Virus record (IMG/VR): IMGVR_UViG_2675903654_000004
Origin: a virus
Lineage: Duplodnaviria; Heunggongvirae; Uroviricota; Caudoviricetes
Direction: 5' to 3' (one strand)
Length of the DNA stretch: 7,842 nt
This document shows positions 7,501 through 7,842 of the stretch, piece after piece. The notes under the pieces were generated by a model that worked only from the letters and a program-made list of their open reading frames with translations, was not told the origin of the DNA and did no database searches. The translations under genes and the position numbers were made by a program. Positions within the stretch are counted from its first letter, which is position 1; each line of letters starts with the position of its first letter.

Positions 7501-7842
7501 CTGATATCAGCGGTAACGTGAATGCGAATTCCGGGACGCTCAACAACGTCACGATTAACGAGAACTGTCGGGTTCTGGGAAAACTGTCCGCGAACCAGAT
7601 TGAAGGCGATCTCGTTAAAACAGTGGGCAAAGCTTTCCCCCGGGATTCCCGTGCACCGGAGCGGTGGCCATCAGGGACCATTACCGTCAGGGTTTATGAC
7701 GATCAGCCGTTTGACCGGCAAATTGTTATTCCGGCGGTGGCATTCAGCGGCGCTAAACATGAGAGAGAGCATACTGATATTTACTCCTCATGCCGTCTGA
7801 TAGTGCGGAAAAACGGTGCTGAAATTTATAACCGTACCGCGC
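4542..7842 (+). CDS. J: Tail tip / central tail fibre host-specificity protein J (lambda gpJ-like), 3'-truncated by window edge; 1100 codons present
   Basis: ATG at 4542-4544. I translated the frame codon by codon to the window end and found no in-frame stop; phase was checked at 5100, 7020 and 7800. N-terminus [41 protein letters not shown]... matches lambda gpJ as I recall it. Absent from the supplied ORF track, apparently because it has no stop inside the window. Confidence 0.95.
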   Translation, partial: MGKGSSKGHTPREAKDNLKSTQLLSVIDAISEGPVEGPVDGLKSVLLNSTPVLDSEGNTNISGVTVVFRAGEQEQTPPEGFESSGSETVLGTEVKYDTPITRTITSANIDRLRFTFGVQALVETTSKGDRNPSEVRLLVQIQRNGGWVTEKDITIKGKTTSQYLASVVDNLPPRPFNIRMRRMTPDSTTDQLQNKTLWSSYTEIIDVKQCYPNTALVGVQVDSEQFGSQQVSRNYHLRGRILQVPSNYNPQTRQYSGIWDGTLKPAYSNNMAWCLWDMLTHPRYGMGKRLGAADVDKWALYVIGQYCDQSVPDGSGGTEPRITCNAYLTTQRKAWDVLSDFCSAMRCMPVWNGQTLTFVQDRPSDKVWTYNRSNVVMPDDGAPFRYSFSALKDRHNAVEVNWIDPNNGWETATELVEDTQAIARYGRNVTKMDAFGCTSRGQAHRAGLWLIKTELLETQTVDFSVGAEGLRHVPGDVIEICDDDYAGISIGGRVLAVNSQTRTLTLDREITLPSSGTTLISLVDGQGNPVSVEVQSVTDGVKVKVSRVPDGVAGYSVWGLKLPTLRQRLFRCVSIRENDDGTYAITAVQHVPEKEAIVDNGAHFDGDQSGTVNGVTPPAVQHLTAEVTADSGEYQVLARWDTPKVVKGVSFLLRLIVAADDGSERLVSTAQTTETTYRFRQLALGNYRLTVRAINARGQQGEPASVSFRIAAPVAPSRIELTPGYFQITAVPRLAVYDPTVQFEFWFSETKIADISQVETSARYLGTGSQWSVSGPHIKPGKDFWFYVRSVNLVGKSAFVEISGQPSNDGEGYLEFFREKIGKLHLAQGLWELIDNSQLADEMAEMKTTITETRNEITQTVSKTLEDQSATIQQIQRVQKDTNDDLAALYMLKVQKTKNGIPYVAGIGAGIEDTDGQPLSNILLLADRIAMINPEDGNTTPLFVAQGNQLFMNDVFLKRLFAVSITSSGNPPTFSLTPEGRLTARNADISGNVNANSGTLNNVTINENCRVLGKLSANQIEGDLVKTVGKAFPRDSRAPERWPSGTITVRVYDDQPFDRQIVIPAVAFSGAKHEREHTDIYSSCRLIVRKNGAEIYNRTA

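Noticed and set aside
1040-7800. Small plus-strand ORFs nested out of frame inside H, L, K, I and J (1040-1243, 1676-1900, 2904-3092, 3548-3784, 4237-4470, 6742-7005, 7522-7800)
   Set aside because: Each is short, in an alternative frame of a well-supported gene, Arg/Cys/Trp-rich, and lacks a start context. Most likely chance ORFs.
1-7842. CRISPR array, tandem repeats, IS or transposon ends, tRNA or other RNA genes, defence-system genes
   Set aside because: No direct-repeat or spacer periodicity, no terminal inverted repeats flanking a transposase-like ORF, and no non-coding stretch long enough for an RNA gene. The only non-coding segment is the 60-nt I-J gap.

Overview
This window is a contiguous, co-directional (+ strand) block of lambda-type siphophage tail genes: the 3' ~83% of the tape measure gene H (5'-truncated by the window), then M, L, K, I and the first 1100 codons of the tail tip/host-specificity gene J (3'-truncated). 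Gene identities rest on my recall of the lambda gpH, gpM, gpL, gpK, gpI and gpJ protein sequences plus the conserved gene order; I could not run any search, so no percent identities are given. The genes are tightly packed, with ATGA (H/M) and TGATG (M/L) junctions, a 103-nt out-of-frame K/I overlap, and a single 60-nt intergenic gap (I-J) carrying a perfect hairpin. I see no inserted cargo gene, CRISPR array, mobile element or RNA gene, and no support for a novel defence or accessory system: this is a canonical tail-tip assembly module. The points worth a second look are: (1) the K reading frame is open 48 codons upstream of the classical lambda K start, and that extension carries the glutamate half of a JAMM/MPN metalloprotease motif; (2) K (JAB + NlpC/P60) and I (ubiquitin-like domain ending in Gly-Gly) form a ubiquitin-like processing pair; (3) the Cys cluster in L; (4) the I-J hairpin; (5) the distal part of J in this window appears to diverge from lambda J with a local GC drop, suggesting a mosaic receptor-binding region. 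The supplied ORF track omits J because it runs off the window; all minus-strand ORFs are antisense shadows.
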